Shown piece by piece: positions 52,570-64,000 of a stretch of DNA of 64,000 bases. The notes under the pieces were generated by a model, which made no database searches, was not told where the DNA came from, and saw nothing but the letters and a program-made list of their open reading frames with translations. Source of the DNA: Octopus vulgaris (lineage: Eukaryota); assembly GCA_951406725.2 (NCBI GenBank), contig OX597814.1:72106001-72170000 (forward strand). Reading direction: 5' to 3'. The position numbers and the translations under genes are program-made. Each line of letters starts with the position of its first letter. Position 1 is the first letter of the stretch.

Positions 52570-54270
52570 ATGAAATGTAATCATAAATTGCAAACACACA
52601 TTGATGGGATTGAATATAACATGATTGAATTATAAAAAAGCATGTGACATGATGTCACACAGTTGGATAAGTAAAACATTAAACAAGTTTGGTGTGGCAG
52701 AAAATTTGGAGAAACTGGTCATTGAAACTATGACATGTTGAAACACTGACTTAATTGGAGGAAGTCAAAAACTTGGGAAAGTGAACATCAGATGCGGTAT
52801 ATTCCAAAGTGATAGCTAATCTCCATTACTATTTGTATTGGCTATGATACCATTCAGTTTGATATTATAGAAAGTCAAAATAGCTTATGATTTGGGAAAA
52901 AGTATAGTCAGATAAATCATCTCCTATTCATAGATGATAGCTTTATGTGAAAAATGAGAAGCAGCTGGAAAGTTTTGTATGTACTGTTTTCATTTTCTCA
53001 AATGATGTAGGAATATAATTCAGGCTTGAAAAGTTGCACTATTTTGATGATGAAACAAAAATTTGAAAGAAGTCAAGGAATTGAAATGCCAAATAGATAA
53101 ACATTGGAATCATTTGAGAAAGGACAGGAGTGTAAGCATTTGGGAATACTGAAGGCAGATGAAATAAAGCATGAAGACATGAAGCAAATAGCAAATAGGG
53201 GGTAACAAAGAGAGCGAGGAAAATATAAGGTTGAAAAATGTTATGGAAGAAATAAATTCAAAAGTAGTGCCAGTTATCAGATATGGAGTTGGAACTGTGA
53301 ATTGGATAAAAGGTGAAATGCAGAAACTGGACAGAAAAACTAGAAAACCACTGACTGTGTATGGAGCCCACCATCTGAATGCTGATACCAACCATTTGTA
53401 CTTGAAGAGAAATCAGGGTGGAATGGAAGAGTGTATGCAGATGGAACAAAACAGCTTACTTGACTAGCACAGAAACGTTAGTTAAGTCAGTAAATAAAGA
53501 AAAGGTGATCAAGACTGGTAAAGGTAAAGATGAAAATGGAATTCAAAGAGAATATGTTGAACATATTGAAGAGAAACTTTTGCATGGTCAGTTTTGGAAA
53601 GTCACTGAGCATATATGTTGAGACAAAATCCTGGGCTTGGTTGAGAAAAAGATAATTGAAAAAATAGACAGTGTCTTATAGCAGCTCAAGATCAAGCACT
53701 GCAACCATACAATTTGAGAGAATATGTGTCTGGAGAGGTGTTGGCAAAATGTAGCATATGTGGAATTTGGAATGAAACAAAGGCATACATTGTTTTAGAA
53801 TGCTCGAAGCTAGCCCAAGGAAAATATATGAAAGAGTTCTTAAGTCAGTAACATGTAAAATTTTGTGGGATTTTCCCATTGAAATGGATAAGAAGATGGA
53901 ATATAGCAAACCAGATATTAAAGTAATAGACAAGAATAATTGAAATTACATTATTGATCAATCTATCATGTCCATTTGATAGGATTGTGAAGAAAGCTGA
54001 TATAAAGTTGAAAAATTACAACCCCTTAAAATTTGAGATTGTGAAGATGTGGAACATGAAATCTGTAAAGATTGCACCTGTGATAACTGGTGCAGTAAGG
54101 ACTGTGATTGATGAATGTCCTGTAGAGTTTCTACAGGTTTACTTCTAAGAAGAATTATCAGAAGAGTTTTGAGCTCTTGACAGCCATGTGAATATCTAAA
54201 GTCACAGGAAGTAATCTGCTACCTGTGTAATTCTACCAGGAATAAGACCAAGAATAATAATGATAATTAA
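52570..54270 (+). mobile_element. Heavily decayed Dong/R4-like retrotransposon
   Basis: YKKA.D..SHSWI, GIFQSDS*SPLLF, INHLLFIDD, KHLGIL, LDRKTRK.LTVYGAHHLNADTNHLY, AAQDQAL, ILWDF, KPDI; TAA-rich tail. Confidence 0.8.
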
Positions 54271-54673
54271 TAAATCTCTAATTTTGCCACAAGAACATTC
54301 ATTGTGTGTGGATGAATGAATGAGTGGGAAGACTGTAGTCCGTTTTATTGAATGTGGTACTTAATTAATTGACATTGAAAGGACAAAAAGTTAAGCCAAT
54401 CCCAGTGGAATATAAACTCAGGATATAAAGGAACATAGCTAAATAACTGACATCATCACCCTACCAATTCTACAATACTACTTTCTACCATCTGCTACTC
54501 TATAATAATAATGAATGCCAACTCTGTTATGGGACTTACATTATACATTGGGTAGACAATCAAAATAAATTGATGGGATGTACTCTTTCACTTCCACAGT
54601 TTTTAACTACCCATCTATCACCACACTGGGGCAAGAGGACAGCATATACATACTAATAGTTATAACTATTTCT

Positions 54674-54902
54674 TTAACCCTTTAGTGTTTAAACCGGCCA
54701 AATCCGGCCCAATATATTCTACATGTTTTATATTCAAACTGGCGATATCTAGCCTCTCACTCCTAACCTACAATGCCATTCTAAAAATAAACAATCACAT
54801 CATTGAAACCTCAAAGCTATAAGATAATGCATGATTAATTCAAAACAATTTGAGTGAAAAAGTATTAGATTTAACAGAGTATTCTGAACACTAAAGGGTT
54901 AA
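54674..54902 (-). mobile_element. MITE family A, best-preserved copy
   Basis: TTAA-CCCTTTAGTGTT...AACACTAAAGGG-TTAA perfect termini. Confidence 0.88.
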
Positions 54903-57093
54903 ATAACATGCTCATTATCCAAGTATGATATATTTTTGTCTCTGTGAAGATGTTATACAGTGTTATAACAAAAATAAAAATTGTTATCACAATTAAACTT
55001 CTCTTCTTACTTTTGATTGCATGTTATGTGACTGGACAGTTAGTGGTAGGGGTTCTGAAGACCAGAAAGGTTACAAGCTTATGTCTTAGTTAATGAAATT
55101 GTGTTTATTATGAGCTTTTGATTATGTAGTGTTAATTGTTTATTATATTTTGCATTTTGAACTATTTAGTGCTTATCAATTCTTATCTTTCACATTATTA
55201 TTTACCTCAACTTTATTTAATTTGTGACTTTCTAGCAATAACTTCATTTGCTCTGTTTCCAGATAGTGACTCCAAAAATATAGAACAAAATCATGAAGTT
55301 AATAAATATAATTATGATAGTTAACTATCACATGTGACTACTAGATGACTTCCAAATTTTTTAATCAGTCTTTGTTATTTGACCTACTTTTTGTACATGT
55401 GAGTGTATGTGTATACATGTTTTTATATTTATATAGAATCAACATGCTCAAGTAAATATATTATTGGACTACCAGCTTATAGTTAATTAGTTCAAATCTA
55501 TTCAAGCATTTTGTCTCTTGAGAGAACTTTATTTTCCATGCCCTTAGTTCATTTAGCTAATGATATATGCAGCAAAATTTCTGGCCAAATTGCTTGAAGG
55601 AAAGTGGTGTACTAACACTGAGGTCTAAAGTTGTGTTAAATACTAGCTCAATACCTCCTTGACCTTTATAAAGAAAGAATTATATAGTTGATGTCTTCCA
55701 TAATCAGACTGGATGTCATCCTGGTGTGGATACCTATGTGGAATGAGTCACTATAAGAGCCTTTATGTTAGAAATAGCAAATAGCAACCAAACCCTCTAA
55801 TTTCACATACTACCTTTTTTAACTCTGCTTTTTCTATGTAATTCTCTCAGTCCTATTAGAAATTAGGGATTTTGACAAAATACAGTTAGTCTGGTATAAA
55901 ATCATAAAAATATAACTTTTGCATAAATTTGTATAATATATAGTATTATTACTATAATAATATGATATAAATATGGTATAAAGATCTTCAGCATAGATTG
56001 TGAATGTGATTTTTAACCAGTTGTTGTTGATTTTTTACCTGTTGTATTTTCACCTTCCTAGGTAGGTTGAATACAGTTGAGTTGGTTACTTGTTATTTTC
56101 ATCTATTTACAAGATATATTGATTTTTTGGCATTGCATTCCTAATTAGATCATTATTAAATTATATCAACAAATTTTTAATGTATTACTTTAGGTATTAA
56201 CTGCTATTATGCTCAGAATTTGGAAGGAAAATAATCTTGAGAGATTTACTCAATAAAATTGAAAAACTAAACAGAAAGTCTTTTGACAATGAAGCATAAC
56301 TTTGTTTCTTGCACAAAAGAGTACTTGGTTCCAATCTTTGACTCTCCCAAACAACACTATTTGAACTGAGGTTTTGTGTGATTTAGGATTTGGTGATAGA
56401 TATCTGGTATAGAACTATAAGTGGGAAAATAGGAAAGGCTCATTAGCTAATGTACTGCTAGACATTAGAAGGATGAGATAGTAATGACTGATAATGTGTC
56501 TACTCCTACAGTGTTGAATAAGGATTTAAACAACAGTCTATGTAGGATGAATATAGATACACCAGCCAGTACACACCCTAAATTCATATCCAGAAGGTAA
56601 GCTGAAATTATAGGTTCGCACTTATCTGGTGCTGAATACTGGAATGGTATCTCCAGACCTAGAAAAGGTATTTAACTCAATATTTCAAGTTAATTATGCA
56701 CTGACTACTTTTACAGTAGTATTGTTTCTGTCAGCGTTAAATAGTACCTACCATGTGATGGATATTTTCAGAATATGTTTGTGGTCAGAATAGAGAAAAT
56801 TTTAAAGGAATTTTAAATGGTTTCAAGGTGTGAGTTCTTACACCGCCATTGATCAGTTCAGGTCTGTTGGGTGTTTTAACTATCTTAGCAGCACCAGTTC
56901 TTTCATTGCATTCTCTATGTGGTATAGCAGACAGGCGGGTGATGTCTGTTAGTCAGCAGGCTGTGGATTGTGACATTTCAGTGACACTCTATGAAGACTT
57001 AAATAGTTTCACCTAGAAATGATTTTAAATCATCTTTATTCTAATTCCAATCATCTCATGGTATGAACATATTTTGAGCTCTCATTGCTTTAA

Positions 57094-58351
57094 CCCGGCT
57101 ATAGCCAGGCGAAAAATTTTTTGGTTCATAAGACCGACCTGGCCGTAGCTGGCCAAGAGTACCTGTTGTTATTTAAATGTGAATTTAAGCACAAATCACG
57201 TTAGTACCTTTGGGAAAATATGAGATTTCACTTTGTAAATAGTTGAGTTAAGCATCCGATATTGCGTGACATGATATCTGAACTCAGTGAATTTTGGGAG
57301 ATTTTTTTCCACATTTTTTTTTTCAACTTTGATAATGGATAGGAGTTTTATGCTATCAAGTAGTGATTCCGAATTTAAAGGTTTTTCAACAGAAAATATG
57401 GAGATATCAAGAAAAAGAATGAATGAGGTACAAAAGGACGTGGTGTACAAGAATGAATAGGATATTTCTGTATCTGAAACTGAAAGCAACAATTCTGAAG
57501 AAACTGAAAGCAGCGATAGTGACAGCAAAGACAATTTTACATCAGAATGAAGTAAAAACTTTTTAAATGTTTTTATTAGCAATTTTTCTGAATAGATGGG
57601 GGTCTATTCATAGTCTTTCTTTGGAAGTGAAACCGTTAGACTTTTATTTTTTTCACTATGCTTGTTTGAAGCGATCACTGCGAAAAACTGTTACACAGAA
57701 TGTAAACAAACAGTATATGCCAGGAAAGCCCATGAAATGAGGGATCAAAGTTTGGAAAATTTGTGAAGCAAATACTGGGTACTGCTGTGGATTTAGTTTT
57801 TATACAGGGAAAATAATGTTAGTCAGCATGGCCTAAGGTACAATGTGGTCTGGAATTTATCCCGTAACCAGGGCCAAATATTATTTTTTGACTGATTTCT
57901 TTTAGTTCAGTCAAACTTGCGGTGGATTTAGATGGATCCCAGTATTTCAGTTTATTTCACCTTTATGGTACACCTGTTCTGTTGTGCATTAAATTCAACT
58001 GATGATCTAGTGATGTGCACAATTCTTCTATATCAAAATTTTGTTGCATACCCCCAATTGAATATTAGCTGATGATTCATTTTCTATGGTGATGTTTAAA
58101 CAAAATATTAATATTTTACCTTTTGCTCAGTTTACCTGGACTTACCTGTAATTAAAGTCACTTTGAGACAACAAAAGTTATGCAATAGAATTGATTAAGA
58201 ACCCTTTCTTCAATTATGTTCCAATTATCACATTAATATGTTGATAAGTAAAAAAGTTACTAGTCTAACTAGTCTAAATTCATGATTATTTTAGAATTTA
58301 ATTGAAACTCATGAGGGGTGTATTTTGGTCAGAAATATAGTAATGAAAGGG
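57094..58351 (+). mobile_element. Internally deleted piggyBac transposon related to 26965-28034
   Basis: TTAA flanks; MDRSFMLSSSDSEFKGFSTE (57334) is homologous to MDTNFIISSNESEFEGFSTE; core motif KQYMPGKPMK*GIKVWKICEANTGY and ILFFD.F..SVKL; 3' terminus GTAATGAAAGGG-TTAA. Confidence 0.9.
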
Positions 58352-58375
58352 TTAAGTAATGTGAAGCTGAGTCTC

Positions 58376-58535
58376 TCTTCTCTTCTCTTTCCCCGTCTGT
58401 CTTGATAGACAATGGGTTGCGCCAAGGGTGGGGCCTACTTTGATGATGTGCAGCGTCTGCTGTGACTGAACAGTCCAATTCTAGAGTGGCAGTCCTTGGT
58501 ACATTTGCTGCACACGAACATCGATGGGTAGCCTG
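58376..58535 (-). mobile_element. 3' end of a second RTE family (BovB/RTE1-like)
   Basis: Minus strand encodes FVCSKCTKDCHSRIGLFSHSRRC (CxxC..SRIGL.SH motif) followed by a short UTR and an (AGAGA)n tail. Confidence 0.75.
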
Positions 58536-58610
58536 TTATTAAATGTGTATGTTTGTGTACAAACATATGTGTGTGTGTGTGTGCGTGTGCACGCACATAT
58601 ATACACATAC

Positions 58611-58648
<38 letters not shown>

Positions 58649-58774
58649 TTTACTTAATATTTACTGAATATTAATTGAAACAGCTGTAAGGGATGATGGT
58701 TAATTTGCTCTTAATAATAAACAATTAATAACTTCCCAATCTCCATTTTCTTTTTCTTCTCTTATATATATATA

Positions 58775-58960
58775 GTTCAAATTTACAGAAAAACAAAAGA
58801 CGAAGACAGGTGTAGGGATAATAAGCAGGGGTATTAGTTTAACGCTCTGGAAAAATAGAAAAGTCATTTACATTTCGAGCCTATGCTCTTTTTCAGAAAG
58901 GAATTAGAGGAAAACAATGGTGAGAGAAAAATTGTGTAGAATTCAGCGGTCCAACATATA
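58775..58960 (-). mobile_element. Penelope-like terminal remnant with degenerate hammerhead core
   Basis: Minus strand CTGAAAAA-GAGC-atag-GCTC-GAAA at 58896-58873; bounded by (TA)n. Confidence 0.5.
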
Positions 58961-58974
58961 TACTCACACACACA

Positions 58975-59575
58975 CAGTCTTTCGGAGACTCCGGGTTTAC
59001 GAGTTTTACTTTATAATAAATATAAAAAGGTTAAAGGTTAAACAGCTATTTTGTGTGTGTGGCAACACTGGTTGTGACGCGTCTACACAGCTGCATTTAC
59101 ACTATTATTTTCAGCACTTTTTAAACACACCCAATATATCTAAATGAAAGTGTGCAATGGACACCAACAGGGACAAAGAGAAATGAAAAGCTATCACTGT
59201 GGAAATGAAGTATGAAATTTTAAAAATGCACAATGGTGGTACAACTGTGAAAAACATTTGTAACAAATTCTATAGAGAACGGGAAAAAACCTAAGCAAAC
59301 AACTCTCGACTTGTTTTTTAAAAAGAAATCTACAAGTGCTTGTGAATTGGTAATCATGTCTACAGGTGATGAGACAGTCTAGTGAAAGTGATTCAGAAAA
59401 CAGTTATAATATTTTTTATTATAAATGATCTTGACATTCTTTTTACTTTACATAAAATATGTTTTACATTCTACTGTTTTATTGCCGAGTATTATAAATT
59501 GCTCTGCTTTACAAGTTTTCGCTTTACGAGCAGCATCCGGGAATAAATTAACTCGTATATTGAGACATTACTGTA
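58975..59575 (+). mobile_element. Tigger/pogo-like non-autonomous deletion derivative
   Basis: K*KAITVEMKYEILKMHNGG (CENP-B/psq-like HTH start) joined to the PIP-box-like KQTTLDLFFK; CAGT...ACTG-TA ends; repeated TTTACGAG subterminal motifs. Confidence 0.7.
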
Positions 59576-60000
59576 TATATATATTATAATATATATATAT
59601 ATACACACACACACACACTCTCTCTCTCTCTCTCTCTCTCACATGAACTCATATTATGATAGAGAGATATGATGTAAACAACGTGACATAAATATACAAG
59701 ATATATACAGTAAAATAAAGATAAAGGAATTTATCTTTATATTTATTATAAAATTATCTTTATATTTTTTATAAAATGTGTGTGTGTGTGTGTGTGAGTA
59801 TATATATTGGACCGCTGAATTCTACACAATTTTTCTCTCACCATTGTTTTCCTCTAATTCCTTTCTTTATCTTCCACAGTTTCTTAGTGGGTACTTCCAT
59901 GCATCTCATGATGGCTCACTTTTATTGAGTACTTTGCCAAAACCTGTCACATACACACACACAAAACTCCCTTGTATCCATGAAGCAGTTGCCTCTACCC

Positions 60001-60038
<38 letters not shown>

Positions 60039-61594
60039 TGCATTCTGCTCCAGTCAGAATATTATTTCTCCAACTCTTAGAAATGAATAATGAGAGGAAA
60101 TGTGAAATATTATGTTTTACTACTTGCTAAGGATTTGTTCTTTACTCTCAGCTTTAGTGTTTCTCTCATATACCTCTCTCATTTTTCCATCATGAGGCAT
60201 TCCCCATTTTGCTGTTCTGTTCAGAAGTCATTGCTCTTCTATTCTTCCTATGTCTATTGGATGCCAAGTAGGATATTGTAAATCTAGCTACAAACTTACA
60301 GAATTATACATATTCTGTATGTATTTGTGGGCACTTGTACATTTTGTGTATATGCATCTCTTGCATAGATGTATACATGCATGTATTTATACATAAAATT
60401 TGCATCTTCTATTATGAAATGCACTTACAGGTTATTGTAATACTAGCAGCTCTTTTATCTGATTCACCAATAAATAAATTTTTAGTTATTACAATACAGT
60501 ACTGTTAATGATATCCACAACATTCTATGAAGATGTTTTTTCGTTTTCCTCCTGGCTTTTTTGTCTGCTTTCTTGTCAATGTTTATTATTGTTTTCATTG
60601 TGGTCATTCTATCAATAATCAGTATTAATAGGCCTAGACAATGTTTTCCTTCACAAACATCATGTAAAACGGCCTTATTGTAATCATCTTATACTCTGTC
60701 TTCTGTCAAACTTATATAACCATGTTGTCTACTAGTTATTCAGTAACATGAAGGAGGTGTTTGTATTTGTACTTGTATACATTTGTGTTCGTGTGTGTGT
60801 GTGTGTGTGTGTGTGTGCACACGTGCGCACATAATCCAAACACTTTTCTTTATATACTCCTAGACACAATATGAAGCTTTTAGTTATCAAAATAAGCAGA
60901 AGCATTCTGAAATTCTTCCAGTTGATATTTTGGACACTACTGTATTATCATAAACCCTATTCTCACTAGAGGGCATCTAGCAAACAGACAATGTAACTAC
61001 TCAGTCTCTGAACTGTTCTGTTAGAATTGTAATGCTACCTATTTTTCATTCAGTTAATACTTCTATTTTCTACCCCTATGCTTGTTGGTGATGTGGCTAC
61101 TGTGTTAGAGTATAACCTTCTTTTGCTGTAAAAATATGCCAATTATCAACTGCCACAACCACTTTATTTAGAAGTATGTTATATATGGTAATGTGATAGT
61201 TAATTTAAAGATATGATTAGTTGCACTTCAGTGAGATGTTGAGTGTAAGAATATATCAGCTCTCCCTGACAGTTTAGGAGAATAAGTGTGTCAGTGAGGG
61301 CAGTCATCAGAATTTGGTAAGTTAGTATGAATCAGATTAGAAATATAAACAAAACAGATGCTGATTTACCACAGGATGAAGCAAAACCTATATTTCCAGG
61401 TGTTAGATAAAAAAATTATTTGTGAAAATATAATTGTTTTGGGGGTTCCATTTATAAGCCTAAACTTATTCACACCCAGACTTTTGTAGAATTGCTTCCT
61501 TAATATAGATTTTCTTTACCTTCTGTTAAAGGTCATTGTCTGAGCAATTGACATAAATCTGAAGTTCTGAATACAACAGTATTTTTTAATTGAT

Positions 61595-61820
61595 TTAACC
61601 ATTTAACGTTCATATTCTTCTGTGAAATGTAATACTTATTCATTTACATTGTTTTAAATTAATCATGCATTATCTTGACGCTTTGAGATATTGATGATGT
61701 AATTGTTTATTCTTAAAATGACATTGTAAGGAGTTGTGAGAAGTCAGATCTGGCTGGTTTGAGCATAAACAAGAAGAATATTTGAGCCAGATTTGGCTGG
61801 TTTAAATGCTAAAGGATTAA
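61595..61820 (+). mobile_element. MITE family A
   Basis: TTAA flanks; colinear with 3063-3290. Confidence 0.75.
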
Positions 61821-62009
61821 ACAAAGAGTGTAGTGAATATATGTGCATAAGATTTTGTTTTTCATGAGTAGTAGAAAAAATTACAGTTAATATTTGCAGC
61901 CAAGTATGAATTAGTAGTTGGTTGTAAACTTTCCCTAGATATATGGGGATAAAAATATTTGAAACATTATTCAGTATTAACATTTTTGTTATCAATTTTG
62001 TAATGAAAT

Positions 62010-62198
62010 ATATCTTCCTTGTTTCAAATAATTTTTTAAATAATGAAGAATTAAATAAAATAATTCTGTCATTAAGCTGATGTTTGGAACATAAGTCTGA
62101 TGTTTTGATGGAAGATTTTAATTTAAATTACTTTAAACAGAAAGTTAATATCGTGAGACCAAGGGCAGTCACAGGCAGATTGGTATCAAAAGGGTTAA
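62010..62198 (+). mobile_element. piggyBac-type MITE family B, right part
   Basis: Ends TTGGTATCAAAAGGG-TTAA; similar to 3639-3807. Confidence 0.6.
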
Positions 62199-63795
62199 AG
62201 TATCTTTACTTTGATGTTTGGTTATTGTTATAACAAAATTTTGCCTGCAAAATTTGTTAAATATTAAACTTTGAATAGCATTTATTTGTTAAAGAATAAA
62301 ATATGAAATATTTTCTTTGTAGATTTATTATATATAATTATTAAGACACAGTATGTTTTAGTAACAGTTTTTCTTTTAATGAAACTCTGAAGGCTTTAGA
62401 GGAAAACAGTCTTATGTACTAGTTCTGAAAGAGAAGATAGATAAAGAGAGAGAAAGATGTCAGAATAATTACAGATATTGATTCAGGTGCTGATTTACTG
62501 ACTGTTCTTCTACATCCCCTGAATCAATTTGTCTATAAACTTTGGTGCATTTGTCAGTTAATTAGTTGGTATTAAAAAACTACAGCTGTAATATTTTGTA
62601 CCCAGCTAACCCATCTCAGTTGTAAAAAGATATTTCATTTCTATAATAATTAGTTTATATATAAAGAAGGGTTTCTATAAATGTCAGTACCATCATTTAA
62701 TGTCTACAATATTTCTCGATAAAAAAAAATGTAATAAATTTAGTTATTAAAAGTGCTGGATATAGTAATTTCATCATTGATTGTTATGTAATTTATGTTA
62801 AATTGCTTAGCATATATTTGAATGTTGTATATCAAATAGTTCTGAGCTGCAGTTGAATTAGAATCATATAATTTAGAGCATCTTCATTATTTTTGTCTCT
62901 TGTATTTAAAATTATTTACTTATATAGTTTATGGGAAAGAATTAAATATGACATAAAAATGCAATGAATCATCATTCTTGATAAATATCAAGATTTTTCT
63001 GTTTTCATCTAGAAGAAAGGAATGTAGAAAGTTTTTCTTAACGTAACAATGTCTTTATCAGATGTTTCTGTGTGTACACCATGTGTATATGCTGAGAAAA
63101 ATGTGTATGAATGCTTGCTTTGAACACATAAAATTCTTTACAGCAATAGATGTAGTAAAATTGAAATTTTGTCTTACATAACAAGGGTATAGCTTCTTTT
63201 GTTGAATCCAGTGAAGAGAAGTGGTACTCCACTATATGGCTGTAGTTATGAGCACTAAAGTTGAGGTAGAGTGGAGATGACAAAAAGTGGAACTAGCAAT
63301 CATCTGTTTTCATTCCCTCACTATTTCCAGTCTTGTATTCTGCTCTATCAGTAAACATCTCATCTTTTCCTGACACTTAAGTGTTTTGCCCATCCACTAC
63401 AAATCCTTATTAGTTTTTTAGGGTTTTACTGTTTTTCTGAGTATTTAATAGTTTAGTGTCCGATATATCCACATGTAATATTAGGCTCTATACACTAGCA
63501 TTTACTAAACAGTAGTTTTTACATATTGAACAGTTTCATAGTTTGAATGGTATGGTTATATAATAACAACAATAATAATAGTAATATTGTTTCTGATGTA
63601 GCATTACTCAATTAACTTGACCCTAGTACTGGACTGGTACTTCATTTCATCAGCCCCAAAAGAATGAAAGACAAAATTGACCTCTCTGAGATTTGAACTA
63701 AGAACCAGACCAAAAGATAAAAGGGAAAGAGAAAAATACACATCTTTTCTGACATTTTAGCAACTTTGTCAATCTACTACTATAATAATGATAAA

Positions 63796-63834
63796 AATGA
63801 TGATGATGATGATGATGATGATGACGACGACGAC

Positions 63835-63865
<31 letters not shown>
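63796..63865. repeat. Compound microsatellite (GAT)n(GAC)n(TAT)n
   Basis: Direct observation. Confidence 0.95.
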
Positions 63866-64000
63866 GTTTCAGGTTTTGGCACAAGGTCAAATTTCAGCAA
63901 TTTCAGCAATTTTAGTGGAAGGAGATAGTCAATTACATTGATCCCCGTCCCCTCCCGCCAGTGGTCAACTGGTACTTAAAGGATGAAAAGCAAAGTCTCC

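Noticed and set aside
55262-55324. Acceptor-like ctctgtttccAG followed by a short open stretch
   Set aside because: Immediate stop in the phase needed after the 74-bp exon; no good donor
61232-61316. AG/GT-bounded 85-bp segment as the next NUP188 exon
   Set aside because: In the required phase it has an in-frame TAG and no similarity to NUP188

Overview
AT-rich eukaryotic genomic DNA whose repeat content (RTE LINEs with (GAT)n tails, tRNA-headed SINEs, TTAA MITEs, abundant microsatellites) looks like octopus/coleoid cephalopod; this assignment is an inference. The window is almost entirely non-coding and dominated by transposable elements. The only host-gene signal I can support is one 74-bp + strand exon at 49260-49333 that resembles an N-terminal exon of nucleoporin NUP188, so most of the window is probably very large introns. 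The long 830-aa ORF is a damaged RTE-clade LINE (APE endonuclease + RT), not a host gene. Other elements are further RTE copies, three Dong/R4-like RLE retroposon remnants, two internally deleted piggyBac elements plus TTAA MITEs, mariner, Tigger/pogo, Helitron-like and Jockey/CR1-like remnants, SINEs, and Penelope-like ends with degenerate hammerhead cores. The most notable observations are a C4HC3 PHD-type finger embedded inside the RTE RT domain, a ~400-bp direct duplication bracketing a Dong/R4 remnant, a CpG-rich duplicated module fused to an RTE tail, and several long inverted repeats. No prokaryote-type system (CRISPR etc.) is present. All identifications come from reading motifs by eye; no database searches were run.
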